Counted from the whole stretch's first letter, positions 1-10,961 are shown. The stretch: 63,152 nucleotides of DNA, filler included, from Octopus bimaculoides (GCF_001194135.2; 6 parts of 5 records of this genome joined end to end with filler, not necessarily neighbours in it); one strand, 5' to 3'. Numbers and translations are program-made. The notes: generated from the sequence alone by a model not told the origin.

Positions 1-819
1 AGCTATCAAAATACTTGAATATTGCCTGCACTTGTTATTGGAGCTGGCAGAATTATTAATGCACCTCCACCAAGTGCTTCATTTCCTAGAAATAGCAGCC
101 AAATCTTCTTCAAATCAAACTCTACCATCATTTAGAAAATGTGTTACTGAGTACACAGTACATAGAAAATTAGCGAAAAATTGTTACAAACACAGATACG
201 CACAGCGTAATTTATTATATAAGCAATATATGCGTATAAATTACCATTTTTCTGTAATTTTGTCTGCTTCAAAAGAAAACAAACCAAGAAACCGGATGAA
301 ATATGTCAACAGGGAATAACATTTTTCTCGCCGGCAAAAAATTGTTTACAAAACATCAGTAACTGTATTCAGCTGAATAGACGTCAGTGGTTGGTTGAAA
401 TTACAGAAATATGACAACTTTAACATGAAATAACTTGCGATGTACAATTTTTTGTTAAGAAGGCTAAGAGAAAGAGTTGTTTTATATGACACATTCTACC
501 AGTATCCCGAGTTTGAAAGTGTTTCGTTAAGAAAACAAGTGTTGCCCGTCAAATCAGAAAGATCCACAAGTGGATTATGCCCTGAGATTCAGCGCGAAAA
601 ATTACATCAAATTTTAAAATTTCAAAAAGTGCAGTCAAATAGAAAAGATCCCGTGTCTGTTTATTTATTTATTTTTCTTTAAATTCCATTATAATCGTAA
701 TTTACACACTCTGAAAGAAATGAACACTTACTTCGTACCTGCCGGTTACTGTATATCATTTCTCATACGTTACCGGAAGTCCATAATAAGCATGTGTTTT
801 TAAAAATTATATCGAATAT

Positions 820-978
820 ACGACAGACTTCTTTCTGTTTCAGTCTACCAAATCCGCCTACAATGCAATAGTTGGCCCGGGGCTATGATAAAAGACACTT
901 CCCTGAGGTGTCATACACTGGGACTGAACTCAAATCCAGATGATTGGGAAGCAATCTACCTAAACCACACAGCTACGC
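820..978 (-). mobile_element. SINE family B (tRNA head + CORE-like body), diverged 5' half
   Basis: Reverse complement matches the head/body of the better copies at 22299-22460 and 15140-15284 (GGGAAGTGTCTTTTATCATAGCCCCGGGCC...GGATTTGGTAGAC). Confidence 0.75.
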
Positions 979-1137
979 AGTACCTATGGTTTTTTTCCCA
1001 TTATTCAACGATGTAGATTGGTATATATGAGTCATGAACCAATCAACTAAGAACGGATCGATATTCGATTGAGTAGTCTGTCTGTTGTAGCAGAAGACTC
1101 ACAACGAAATCTAGACTGTACAATGTCTGCGGACGCA

Positions 1138-1310
1138 AATGTAGATGGCTTGGTTGTGTAGTTAAGAATTTCACTTCACAATCACGTGGTTCCAGGTCCG
1201 CAGCAACACGGAGCAGCTCTAGAAGCAAGTGTCTACGACTGTAGGCCTCTGTTAGACAAATAACACTTTGCGAGTGAAATTCAGTTGACGGTTATTGTGC
1301 GGAAGACCAT

Positions 1311-1350
<40 letters not shown>
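1138..1350 (+). mobile_element. SINE family B, old diverged 5' half followed by (TG)n
   Basis: Colinear with the family B head: GGTTGTGTAGTTAAG...GGTTCCAGG...GCAAGTGTCTACGACTGTAGGCC...GTGAGTG-like...GAAGACC then microsatellite. Confidence 0.6.
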
Positions 1351-1362
<12 letters not shown>

Positions 1363-1427
1363 TGCGCGCGCGCGTAGTGAGCAGCTCTCTCTCTCTCTCT
1401 CTGAGTAGTATGCATTTGATTATGGCA

Positions 1428-1585
1428 TATAACCTGTTAGAAAGTTACCATTGATTTCACGTCCACTATTGCACTTAGCAACTCATCAGGCTTCTGTGCT
1501 CCCGGCTGGCAGGTCTGATGAGTCGCCTATATTGCCGAGTGCAATAGCAGATGTGAAACCAACGGTAACTTCTTGACACGTTATA
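1428..1585. repeat. Fold-back (inverted repeat, ~60-bp arms, 25-nt spacer); both arms carry hammerhead-like cores
   Basis: Left arm 1428-1489 is the reverse complement of 1515-1585 with mostly transition mismatches and one 9-nt indel. Each arm reads CTGATGA...GAAA-YC..GG-TA. Confidence 0.8.
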
Positions 1586-2138
1586 TAACGAAGTATATAC
1601 TACTCCTCCATTACAAAAAATAAAAACTCCCAAAATTTTCTTTTACAATGTGCTTTTTCCATGACTTATGGCCAACTAGATTTCATGATGCAGGGAAACA
1701 GTTGCATAATCAAGTACCCGCACACCTGGAGAACTACGCTGCGTCGAAACAACTGTAGTGATTAAAAAATAATGTCCAACCTTACCCGTTGTTGATTCTA
1801 ATGTTTTCAATTACCTATTCACTCACGACAGATGGCTAAACGCAAACCTGGAAGTACGTATAATACTACTACTGGATAGCAGAGGGAGTAGATCTGAAGG
1901 TGGACGAGCTTTATACTGTACTGCATTATGTTCTTAGCAGAATATACCATAACTTATATATATATATATATATATTCAAATTACGATGAACGTAAACAAA
2001 CAAACGAAGTTTGCTTAAGAAGCGTTGAGATGTCTTAGAAAGTTAAAGAAGTGATTTTAAATTCTCAAACGCAGGATAATGCTAATAATATAGCCTGAAC
2101 AGGATAAGCTACCCCTATTTTGCAGAAAAAAGTGTTGG

Positions 2139-2215
2139 CGGCCAGCTATTGGACCCGAACTCACACCTCCCTGATTACGCGTCACGGTGCTCTAAACCAT
2201 TGAGCTAAACTGCCC
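2139..2215 (-). pseudogene. tRNA-Thr(CGT)-like pseudogene or isolated SINE head
   Basis: Minus strand GGCAGTTTAGCTCAATGGTTTAGAGCA (A box, GCTC/GAGC D stem), TGA-CGCGTAA-TCA anticodon arm with CGT, degenerate T arm GAGTTCGGGTC, imperfect acceptor stem. Confidence 0.55.
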
Positions 2216-2659
2216 TATATATAGTCAATCCAAACATGAACAAGCAAGAAAAAACACGAAAAAACAACGCGAATAAGTATATTGGACGCTCAGGGAATAT
2301 ATATATATAATGCTACTTGCATGGAACTTGGCAGAGGAATCGCTACCAAATACTCTAATTGCGGAAACCCTGAAAAACTTTGGTTTTCACCGAACCGTGG
2401 TTCAAATCGAAAAGAAAAGGGTGGTGCTAAGAGAGAGAGAGAGATATGAACACAACAAAAATAGGCATCCCCACTGAACAACTGTGAGCCCAAGGAGAAC
2501 AACAACAACTGTCGTAAGGCAGCTGATCTGGCTTCATCAGACATTAAGTCTGAGAAACCGACTGCAGACCTCCAGAGGATAAGTGAAATACTGAATGTGC
2601 AATACGAAAGTGATTTCACAACTCCGCTGGGACACTTGCAAATCTTCTACAGAAAGACC

Positions 2660-3590
2660 TAGATGCCTATCGATGGAGACTGTGTCCTGTCGTCCGCCAA
2701 TTAGAAGTTAGAATGTTTTATCTCCCGGATGTATGACTTGATATGGACCATCGTAGGGTAACTGGAGGGGTTTTCGTCGTGAGTTACGTCGAATGATCAC
2801 AAAGTTAGCCTTGCTTGTGGTGGGGAATGGAAAGGATAGGATAGCTTTCACTTTTTCTGGCAGGGATGTGAGTCGATGTCCCAAGAAGTCGATTTCTGTC
2901 ACACCAAAAACGCACTCGGTGGGGTTGATTACTAAGCCATACTGTTCCAGCCTATCAACAAGAGTCACTAGGTGCTTCTTATGTAACTCCGCGTTTTGGC
3001 TTGCAATAAAGATATCATCTAAGTATGCAAAGACAAAATCTAGACCTCTGCACACAGTGTCCATCAGGCGTTGAAGGGATTGTNNNNNNNNNNNNNNNNN
3101 NNNNNNNNNNNNNNNNNNNNNNNNNNNNNNNNNNNNNNNNNNNNNNNNNNNNNNNNNNNNNNNNNNNNNNNNNNNNNNNNNNNNNNNNNNNNNNNNNNNN
3201 NNNNNNNNNNNNNNNNNNNNNNNNNNNNNNNNNNNNNNNNNNNNNNNNNNNNNNNNNNNNNNNNNNNNNNNNNNNNNNNNNNNNNNNNNNNNNNNNNNNN
3301 NNNNNNNNNNNNNNNNNNNNNNNNNNNNNNNNNNNGTGGAGATGTGGTGTGTCATCCCGATTATGGGCTGATGGACGTCGGCGATGGTGAATGCCCATGT
3401 GTATTTTTGTGAGCCGATGTTGAGAGAAAGGGTGCGATGATTGTGGATCCGTTGGCGTCTGTTAAAGGTTGGCTCCGCTTTTCGTGACGGAGGTCTCTTG
3501 CCGACGCCGGGATCATGCTGACTGTCAATTAGGAACCTGCGTCCGGAGCTCCGATCGTAGACATAGAGGAGCATGGAGTTTCCTTGGGTC
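2660..3590 (-). pseudogene. pol: Gypsy pol remnant: protease, RT and IN C-terminus (RNase H and IN core deleted)
   Basis: ORF 2708-3592: QSLQRLMDTVCRGLDFVFAYLDD...EIDFLGH...LPEKVKAI joined directly to IIRRNSRRKPLQLPYDGPYQV. Confidence 0.9.
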
Positions 3591-4470
3591 ACTGGACCCC
3601 GAGGCTACATGGTTGTTTGCACTTTGTCGCCTTTTTCCCGAACTTTTCTTGGTAGAAGCACAGATCATCTTGCTTAATTCTACCCCGTCTCGGGGCCGAC
3701 CCTATGACGTTGACCATGATACCACTGGATTAAAAATGTACGTCAGCTGTCTTCGCTAATTGCCGCAGGTCCTTGATTTCGGTCTGAGTTATGAGGGCCT
3801 GGACCTGGGGTGGCAGCTTGCGGAGGAATGTTTCCCTAAACAAAAAGGAACGTGAGTCACCGGAGGTAACTCGTGCCAACATCTTGTCCATCAGTTCCGA
3901 AGGCTTAGAATCGCCTAATTCCTCCTCCAGTATCTTGGCTGCCGCTTCTCGTTCACTGCGTCTGAAAGTATCCACTNNNNNNNNNNNNNNNNNNNNNNNN
4001 NNNNNNNNNNNNNNNNNNNNNNNNNNNNNNNNNNNNNNNNNNNNNNNNNNNNNNNNNNNNNNNNNNNNNNNNNNNNNNNNNNNNNNNNNNNNNNNNNNNN
4101 NNNNNNNNNNNNNNNNNNNNNNNNNNNNNNNNNNNNNNNNNNNNNNNNNNNNNNNNNNNNNNNNNNNNNNNNNNNNNNNNNNNNNNNNNNNNNNNNNNNN
4201 NNNNNNNNNNNNNNNNNNNNNNNNNNNNNNNNNNNNNNNNNNNNNNNNNNNNNNNNNNNGGTTTTCAATATGGCGTATTTGTGCGTTGGTGAGGGTTGGG
4301 TTAAAATGTCCAGCGCCCTCGTTGCCGTATCTTCATCTAGTGCCGCCACAACGTACGAGTATTTCGTTTGGTCGGCCGTTATCTTGTTTATATTGAATTG
4401 GGCTCCCGTCTGCGCGAACCCTCTTAGGCTAGAATTGTGGTAGCCTCAGTGTTGTTTTGTTGCTTGCCAT
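3590..4470 (-). pseudogene. gag: Gypsy gag (stop, frameshifts, N gap)
   Basis: MASNKTTLRLPQF* ... VVAALDEDTATRALDILTQP...KYAILK; ORF 3730-3975; Cys/His motif near 3630-3680. Confidence 0.85.
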
Positions 4471-4502
4471 GTTTGTTTCGATAGCGTGAGGTGTTGTTCT
4501 AT

Positions 4503-4516
4503 CGTTGGGGTCACCA
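4503..4516 (-). promoter_or_regulatory. Primer binding site complementary to the tRNA-Trp 3' end
   Basis: TGGTGACCCCAACG versus tRNA-Trp complement TGGTGACCCCGACG; located between the LTR and the gag ATG. Confidence 0.8.
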
Positions 4517-4781
4517 GTTATAGCTTTGTTAAGCTATACGCAAACAAACTAGTGGAGACAAGAATACATTTATCAAAGGTTTATTACTTTACGTACACCA
4601 GGGCTTAAGCCGCCAGTTATTTCTGTTTAATTCATTCAGATTCGTTTAACACTCACTACTGACATTCCGTTGTTCTTCTCCCACCAGAAGTCCCTTCCGC
4701 TGCTGACCAACTTCCTAGCTAGCCCGCAGCGAATTACCACTCTACAGTTCATCTATCATGACTCCTAACGTCACGTTTACA
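4517..4781 (-). repeat. Putative 5' LTR of the Gypsy element
   Basis: Begins TGTAAAC on minus, contains AATAAA, directly abuts the PBS. No matching 3' LTR is visible, so the boundaries are inferred. Confidence 0.5.
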
Positions 4782-5099
4782 GGAGGTGTGGGTTTGAGCC
4801 CCGCAGGCAACCTTCCACCTTTTCTATCCAANNNNNNNNNNTTTTCTATCCAAAAGTGTCATTTTCATTGGCGTGCTCCAGCACACACACACACACACAC
4901 ATACATGTACATATATATATACATACATACATAGAGTCCGCTCGAACGGACAGCATGTTAAAGAGTCTAGGTATATATATATGTTCGTCGTGCGTGCAGG
5001 ACAGCACAGGGGACATGTTTGTGTGTGTGTGTATTTCACTTATAGGGTTTATTTTTGTTTGTTTGTTTTGTATCATCTCAAATGGGAAAATGTCACTTG

Positions 5100-5200
5100 T
5101 CGGCAGCAAAATCATTGCAAGGTTACGTGTGTACATTGACGCCATTTTGATTTTGTTCAAACGCCTGCTACGAACGCGCATGCGATGCTGTAAATATTTT
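5100..5200 (-). promoter_or_regulatory. Candidate promoter/first exon: NRF1-like and YY1-like motifs with a Kozak-context ATG
   Basis: CpG-rich patch; CGCGCATGCG at 5175-5184; CGCCATTTT at 5140-5148, read on minus as AATCAAAATGGCG (ATG at 5145); possible donor CAC|GTAACC. Confidence 0.35.
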
Positions 5201-7434
5201 CTTTAAAGTAAAATATTTAGTATCTTAAGTTGTTTTTTTTTTAAATAATCAGATCAAGAAACATCAGTTCAAACAATCATTTAGAAAAATAAATATCATG
5301 GCTAGACATGATGCAATAAGGCAATTGGAGAGACGTGATGAGTTTAGCGCCATAAAGAGACTTATATTGGGTAAAAGCAAGACAGCAAAGATGTTTTGTT
5401 TGTTCTTAGTCTGCTTCGCCTTTCTACAAGAATTACTGTATATTTCATTGTGTGGGTAGGTACATACAATTTGTCTTTTCTTCTTTGTATTTTCTTTCTG
5501 CTTTTGTAGACATTAAGGCTTGGTTGTAAAATCTAAAAGGTACACGGAAACACTTTGGGTATAACTGTAAAAGTGTGCTCCTTTCTGAAAATTAGATAGA
5601 TTTTAATGAAATTTTCAAGAAATATCTTTTAAATGGTGTAGATGACGATTAAATAGGAATTTGTCGTGAACATAATTTTTCGATGGGAGTGAGAGGAGTT
5701 TCGTATAATGTACACGACTCGACTTTGTTTCCTCATACATTTTGATGAAGTAGAATTCAATTATATTGAACAAAAAAATATTTTAAAGAAAGTTCCACCA
5801 TTCTCCCTTCTGGAATTTGTCACATAAGTGTTTTTTAATAAAATATAAATTTCCAGGCCTATTGCATGCCAAACAACCATACCAGCAAATTCACCACCAA
5901 TAATTTTTTTTCTTTTTTTTTTTTTTAATTATACCAGTATCTCTGAAAATTTTCTCCTTTTTTTAATATATTCATTTATCAAATTCCAGGAGGAAAAGGA
6001 TGGAATTAAATCTTCAAAAGTAATTTTTTCAACATAATTTCAATNNNNNNNNNNNNNNNNNNNNNNNNNNNNNNNNNNNNNNNNNNNNNNNNNNNNNNNN
6101 NNNNNNNNNNNNNNNNNNNNNNNNNNNNNNNNNNNNNNNNNNNNNNNNNNNNNNNNNNNNNNNNNNNNNNNNNNNNNNNNNNNNNNNNNNNNNNNNNNNN
6201 NNNNNNNNNNNNNNNNNNNNNNNNNNNNNNNNNNNNNNNNNNNNNNNNNNNNNNNNNNNNNNNNNNNNNNNNNNNNNNNNNNNNNNNNNNNNNNNNNNNN
6301 NNNNNNNNNNNNNNNNNNNNNNNNNNNNNNNNNNNNNNNNNNNNNNNNNNNNNNNNNNNNNNNNNNNNNNNNNNNNNNNNNNNNNNNNNNNNNNNNNNNN
6401 NNNNNNNNNNNNNNNNNNNNNNNNNNNNNNNNNNNNNNNNNNNNNNNNNNNNNNNNNNNNNNNNNNNNNNNNNNNNNNNNNNNNNNNNNNNNNNNNNNNN
6501 NNNNNNNNNNNNNNNNNNNNNNNNNNNNNNNNNNNNNNNNNNNNNNNNNNNNNNNNNNNNNNNNNNNNNNNNNNNNNNNNNNNNNNNNNNNNNNNNNNNN
6601 NNNNNNNNNNNNNNNNNNNNNNNNNNNNNNNNNNNNNNNNNNNNNNNNNNNNNNNNNNNNNNNNNNNNNNNNNNNNNNNNNNNNNNNNNNNNNNNNNNNN
6701 NNNNNNNNNNNNNNNNNNNNNNNNNNNNNNNNNNNNNNNNNNNNNTTTTTTTCGAACAACGAAAAAAAGAAACAGAAACGAAACATGCAGCATAGAGAAT
6801 ATTACCCATCTTCAGTTGTCCCTGTCCATTACTCCGCGTTTCGAAGGCAAGGACAATACGCGACTTCGTTGGAGCAGTCCTTCCCGCAAGCAAATTAATT
6901 AAAATTTGGATATTTTGCGAAGGGTGAAAGTGTAAACAAGAACAGGACAGTGAGAACAAGACAGTAAAAACAAGACAGGACGTAGTTATGCCTTTTTTTT
7001 TTTTGTATTTCTTTTTTATGTTTGTAGTCATTACGGTTCGGTTGTAAAATCAATAAGGTACAAGAAAGCGTTGTACACCTTAGAAAATGACTGTAAAATG
7101 TTTATCGTGAAATGATTTTTCTTTTTCCTTTCTTATTATTCATTCATTTATCTACTTATTTTACTTGTTTATTTGTGACATGGTTGATCTCTTTTTAACT
7201 GGGCACGAAGACAATCTGAGATTAAATCCATCAAAGTCAAGCTTTGTCTTTCATCCTTCTGGAGTCAATTAAAATATAGCACCAGTGAAGTAGTGGCACT
7301 AATCATATTCCTGCAATGTATCTCAAATGGGAACGGAACTATATTGGTTTCAAATATTTGGCACCAGGCCAGCACCAGTGGTTGAGTCGTACTTATTTTA
7401 TCAACACCGAAAGGCGGAATTTGAAAGCTCTGGG

Positions 7435-7643
7435 TAATATTGCTTTCAAGTTTTGACACAAGGCTAACAACTTCAGGTGTAGGGGTAAGTCGATAACATC
7501 GCGCTCAGTGGGTGATTGGTACTTATTTTGACGACCCCGAAAGGATGAAAGGGCAAAGTCGACTTCGGCGAACTCAGAATGTAAAGGCGGACGAAACGCC
7601 GCTAAGTATTTTGCCCGACGTAATAGCGAATTTGCCACCTCGC
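7435..7643 (-). mobile_element. SINE family A (tRNA-derived head, CTTAGCGG/GAGTTC boxes, CCTTTCGGGGTCG body, CAAAAYTTGAAA tail)
   Basis: Colinear with copies at 7741-7954 and 61327-61537. Confidence 0.85.
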
Positions 7644-7740
7644 TGTCCTAGGAATGGAACTGTATTGAGAGAAGTCATTTGACGGAACAAGGAATGGAGA
7701 TAGTGGAATAAATGTGAACTTAATTTTTCCAATGTGCGAA

Positions 7741-7954
7741 GGTGGCGAGCTAGCAGAACCGTTAGCACACCGGACAAAATGCTTAGCGGCATTTTGTCCG
7801 TTTTGAGTTCAAATTCCACCAAAGTAGACCAAGTCCTTCATCCTTTCGGAGTCGATAAAATAAGTACCAGTCGAGTACTGGGGTCAACATAATCGGCTTA
7901 ATAAACACCTCCCCCGCAATTGCTGACCTTGTACTAAAATTGGAAACCAATATT
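7741..7954 (+). mobile_element. SINE family A, full length
   Basis: GGTGGCGAGCTAGCAGAA (A box), GAGTTCAAATTCC (B box), body and AT tail. Confidence 0.88.
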
Positions 7955-7966
7955 ACAATATACTAA

Positions 7967-8104
7967 GATGGAGAGCTGGCAGAATCGTTACCGCGCTGGG
8001 CAAAATGCTTAGCGGCACTTCGTTCTTTACGTTCTGAGTTCCAATTCTGCCCACGTTGACTTAGCTTTTCATCCTTTCGGGGTCGATACATTAACTACCA
8101 GTCG
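7967..8104 (+). mobile_element. SINE family A, 3' end lost in gap
   Basis: GAGCTGGCAGAATCGTT...CTGAGTTCCAATTC...CATCCTTTCGGGGTCGAT. Confidence 0.85.
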
Positions 8105-8148
8105 NNNNNNNNNNNNNNNNNNNNNNNNNNNNNNNNNNNNNNNNNNNN

Positions 8149-8160
8149 TTAATTAATTAA
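8149..8160. other. Artificial scaffold linker TTAATTAATTAA inside a 100-bp N gap (also 34931-34942, 52278-52289, 57260-57271, 59888-59899)
   Basis: Identical 12-mer with stops in all six frames, always centred in ~44+44 Ns. Confidence 0.95.
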
Positions 8161-8204
8161 NNNNNNNNNNNNNNNNNNNNNNNNNNNNNNNNNNNNNNNN
8201 NNNN

Positions 8205-8245
<41 letters not shown>

Positions 8246-8639
8246 GTATGCGAAAGGCAAAAGCATATATAAACCCACACAAAAAAGAGATATGTGTGGG
8301 GAGTCACGCACCTGTGTATGTACAAAAACAGGTATGGAGTGAGTATTATGATGTGTCACATGCATCTATAATTCAGCCACGAAAAATCAAGTACACTCTT
8401 CTCAGCTTGAACCTAGGATGTCTCTCTGCCAACGTCGTTATTAGGTCTGAGTGAAAACCATTCGCAACTCAATGAAGAGACAACGAAAACAACGTACATC
8501 GAAGCATTGCCTGACTCAAATTAAACAATGTAGGAATGAAGAACACCTGTACGTGGTGTGCATGCGCGTGTGTCTCTGTGTTTGTGTATGCATAAAATGA
8601 GATATGGATGGGTAGATGTGTGTGTGAGTGTGAGTGCGT

Positions 8640-8878
8640 GTTGTGGTGATGGTGGTTGGTGGTATTAGTAATGGTGGTGGATGTAATGATGATGTTTGAG
8701 GTGGTGGTGGTGGCAGTGGTAGTGGTGGTGGTGGTGGTTGTGGTGGTGGTGGTGGTGGTGGTGGTGGTAGTTATGGCGGTGGTGGTATTGGTGGTGGTTA
8801 TGGTGTTGATGATGATGTTTGTGGTAGTGGTTGTGGTGGTGATGATGATAATGATTGTGGTGGTGGTTGTGGTGGTTT
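8640..8878 (+). repeat. Degenerate (GGT/GAT)n trinucleotide microsatellite
   Basis: Direct inspection; explains the poly-Val and poly-His ORFs. Confidence 0.95.
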
Positions 8879-9269
8879 TTAGCCCACGTCACTTCCCATC
8901 GAGGTGATAAGTGATCAAATAATACAAATGTAATCATTCTTTTTTGTGCGTTCGTATTTGTCCCATCTTTCAATATTGACCTATTTCAGTCATTAGATTA
9001 CGGCCATGCTGGAGCACAAACCGGACAGGTTTTAGTCGCTCAAATTAATCCCTAGTGTTTATTGTTTTGCGACTGCTAAATATTCAATCGGTCTCTTAGG
9101 CGTAAACAATACAAGAGTAGTTTTCAAGCGAATGGAGGAGCAAAACACAAGCACAAAACGCACATACACATACACACACGCACACGCACACACATACACA
9201 CACACACACTCACATACATATATACATACGGGCACACGGATATACACATTTATATCTGCCTGTATGCAG

Positions 9270-9595
9270 ACGCAGGCGTGGCTGTCTAGTAAGAAGCTTG
9301 TTTCCCAACGACATGATTCCTGGTTCAGTCTCACTGCGTGGCACCTTGGGCAACTGTTTTCTAGTATAGCCTCGGGCCGACCAATTTTAACACAAGGCCA
9401 GCAATTTCAGGTAGTTGGAAAGTCGATTACATCGCCCCCGGTGCTCAACTTGGACTTGTTTTATCGACCAAGAAATGAAGAAAGTCCAGTTTGACTTCGG
9501 CAGAATTTGAACTCAGCGCATAAAGACGGACGACGTACCGCTAAACATTTCACGGGGCTAACGGTTCTGCCAGCTCATTGCATTAGGATATGTGA
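9270..9595. mobile_element. SINE B head (+, 9270-9385) abutting a SINE A copy (-, 9390-9595)
   Basis: GCAGGCGTGGCTGT...GGTTCAGTCTCACTGCGTGGCACCTTGGGCAA followed by a reverse family A body. Confidence 0.8.
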
Positions 9596-10144
9596 TAATA
9601 CTGCTTTTCAGTTTAGGCACAAGGACGCCAATTTCAAGGGTAGGGGATTAGTTGACTACATCAATCCCGTTAGTAAGATGTTTTTTATTTTTCTCTTTTC
9701 ATATATATTTTCGGACCACGGTGGAATATGAGGTAAAGTTGGTCTCAGTAAGGAATATGTGATGAGATAGAATTCCATTTACAACCATTCACAGATATAC
9801 TCATACACACACACACACACACACAGAACAAGCGCATATACACAACGAAAGAGAGGGGAGAGTTAGAATGAGAGAGAGCATGCCTATGTATAACAGTGTC
9901 GGAGAAATTTATCTTATACATGTTTCGGTCATTAGACCGCAGCCATACCAGGGCACTGACTTGTAGGCATTTACTCGAACAAATCAACCCCTTATCTTCA
10001 AGTGTGCTTCTTATTCTATTCGTCTTTTGCCGAACTGCTATGTTATACGGATATAAACAAACCAGAGCCTGTTGTATACGGTTTCGAGGAGAAATACAAG
10101 CGAAAGAGCACACACACAAACACGTACACATATGCATATATGTA

Positions 10145-10184
<40 letters not shown>

Positions 10185-10525
10185 ACGAGCTTCTACCAAA
10201 GCACTGAGTGATAGCAGAAAGCATGTGCACAAGATACTGCGCAACAGCACAGAGCCAGAGATATAAATTTATATTATAATATTGTACATTGCATACATAC
10301 ATTCTCGAATTGCTATTAGTCTTTCATTGTTTTACAGACGGGACATATATGTTCCATGGAATTATGGCCTATATTTGATAGATTTATAGTTGGAGAAAAA
10401 CAAAGGTGAATTGAACTCGGTTTTCCGAGAAGCAAAAGTAATTATTTTACAACATATCACCTGTTCTTTACGCCGCTCCCCCATGACAATTTAAGACGAG
10501 TGTTTTATGAAACTATATAGATACA

Positions 10526-10928
10526 TTTTACTCTTTTACTCTTTTACTTGTTTCAGTTTATGACTGCGGCGATGCTGGAGCACCGCTTTTAGTCGAGCAA
10601 ATCGACCCCAGGACTTATTCTTTGTAAGCTTAGTACTTATTCTATCGGTCTCTTGAGCCGAACCGCTAAGTTACGGGAGATAAACACGCTAGCATCGGTT
10701 GTCAAGCAATGCTAGGGGGACAAACACAGACACACAAACATACATACACATATATATATGCATATATATATGTATATATATGTTTCCGTCTGCCAAATCC
10801 ACTCACAAGGCTTTGGTCGGCCCGAGGCTATAGTAGAAAACACTTGCTCAAGATGCCAAGCAGTGGGACTGTACTCGGAACCATCTGGTTGGTAAGCAAG
10901 CTACTTACCACACAGCCGCTCCTACGCC
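10526..10928 (-). mobile_element. SINE family B, full length (~400 bp) with internal (TA)/(CA) microsatellite
   Basis: Minus order: tRNA head, CORE-like CTTGAGCAAGTG body, microsatellite at ~10725-10780, 3' module CTTAGCGGTTCGG...GGGGTCGAT, tail GCGGTGCTCCAGCATCGCCGCAG...CTGAAACAAGTAAAAGAGTAAAAGAG. Confidence 0.9.
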
Positions 10929-10929
10929 T

Positions 10930-10961
<32 letters not shown>

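Larger units (their letters stand above)
2640..4781 (-). mobile_element. Ty3/Gypsy LTR retrotransposon, degenerate and internally deleted
   Basis: 5' LTR candidate, PBS, gag (LGDSKPSELMDKML...FLRKLP; CFYQEKFGKKATKCKQPC), protease (RRFLIDS), RT (FAYLDDIFIAS) and integrase C-terminal GPY/F motif (LPYDGPYQV), all on the minus strand. Confidence 0.93.

Noticed and set aside
2513-2545. CTGATGA on minus (also 33.99-34.05 kb, 45665, 47066, 55740, 58629, 59565)
   Set aside because: No correctly placed stem II/GAAA/stem III/UH, so chance heptamers.
6746-6898. Open frame FSNNEKKKQKRNMQHREYYPSS...FPQAN*
   Set aside because: No recognisable homology, and the 5' part is hidden in a gap; cannot be supported as an exon.
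8149-8160. Recurrent palindrome TTAATTAATTAA (5 copies) as a biological motif or CRISPR-like repeat
   Set aside because: Always centred in 100-bp N gaps; an assembly linker.
8656-8973. Poly-Val and poly-His ORFs
   Set aside because: Translations of a (GGT)n microsatellite.
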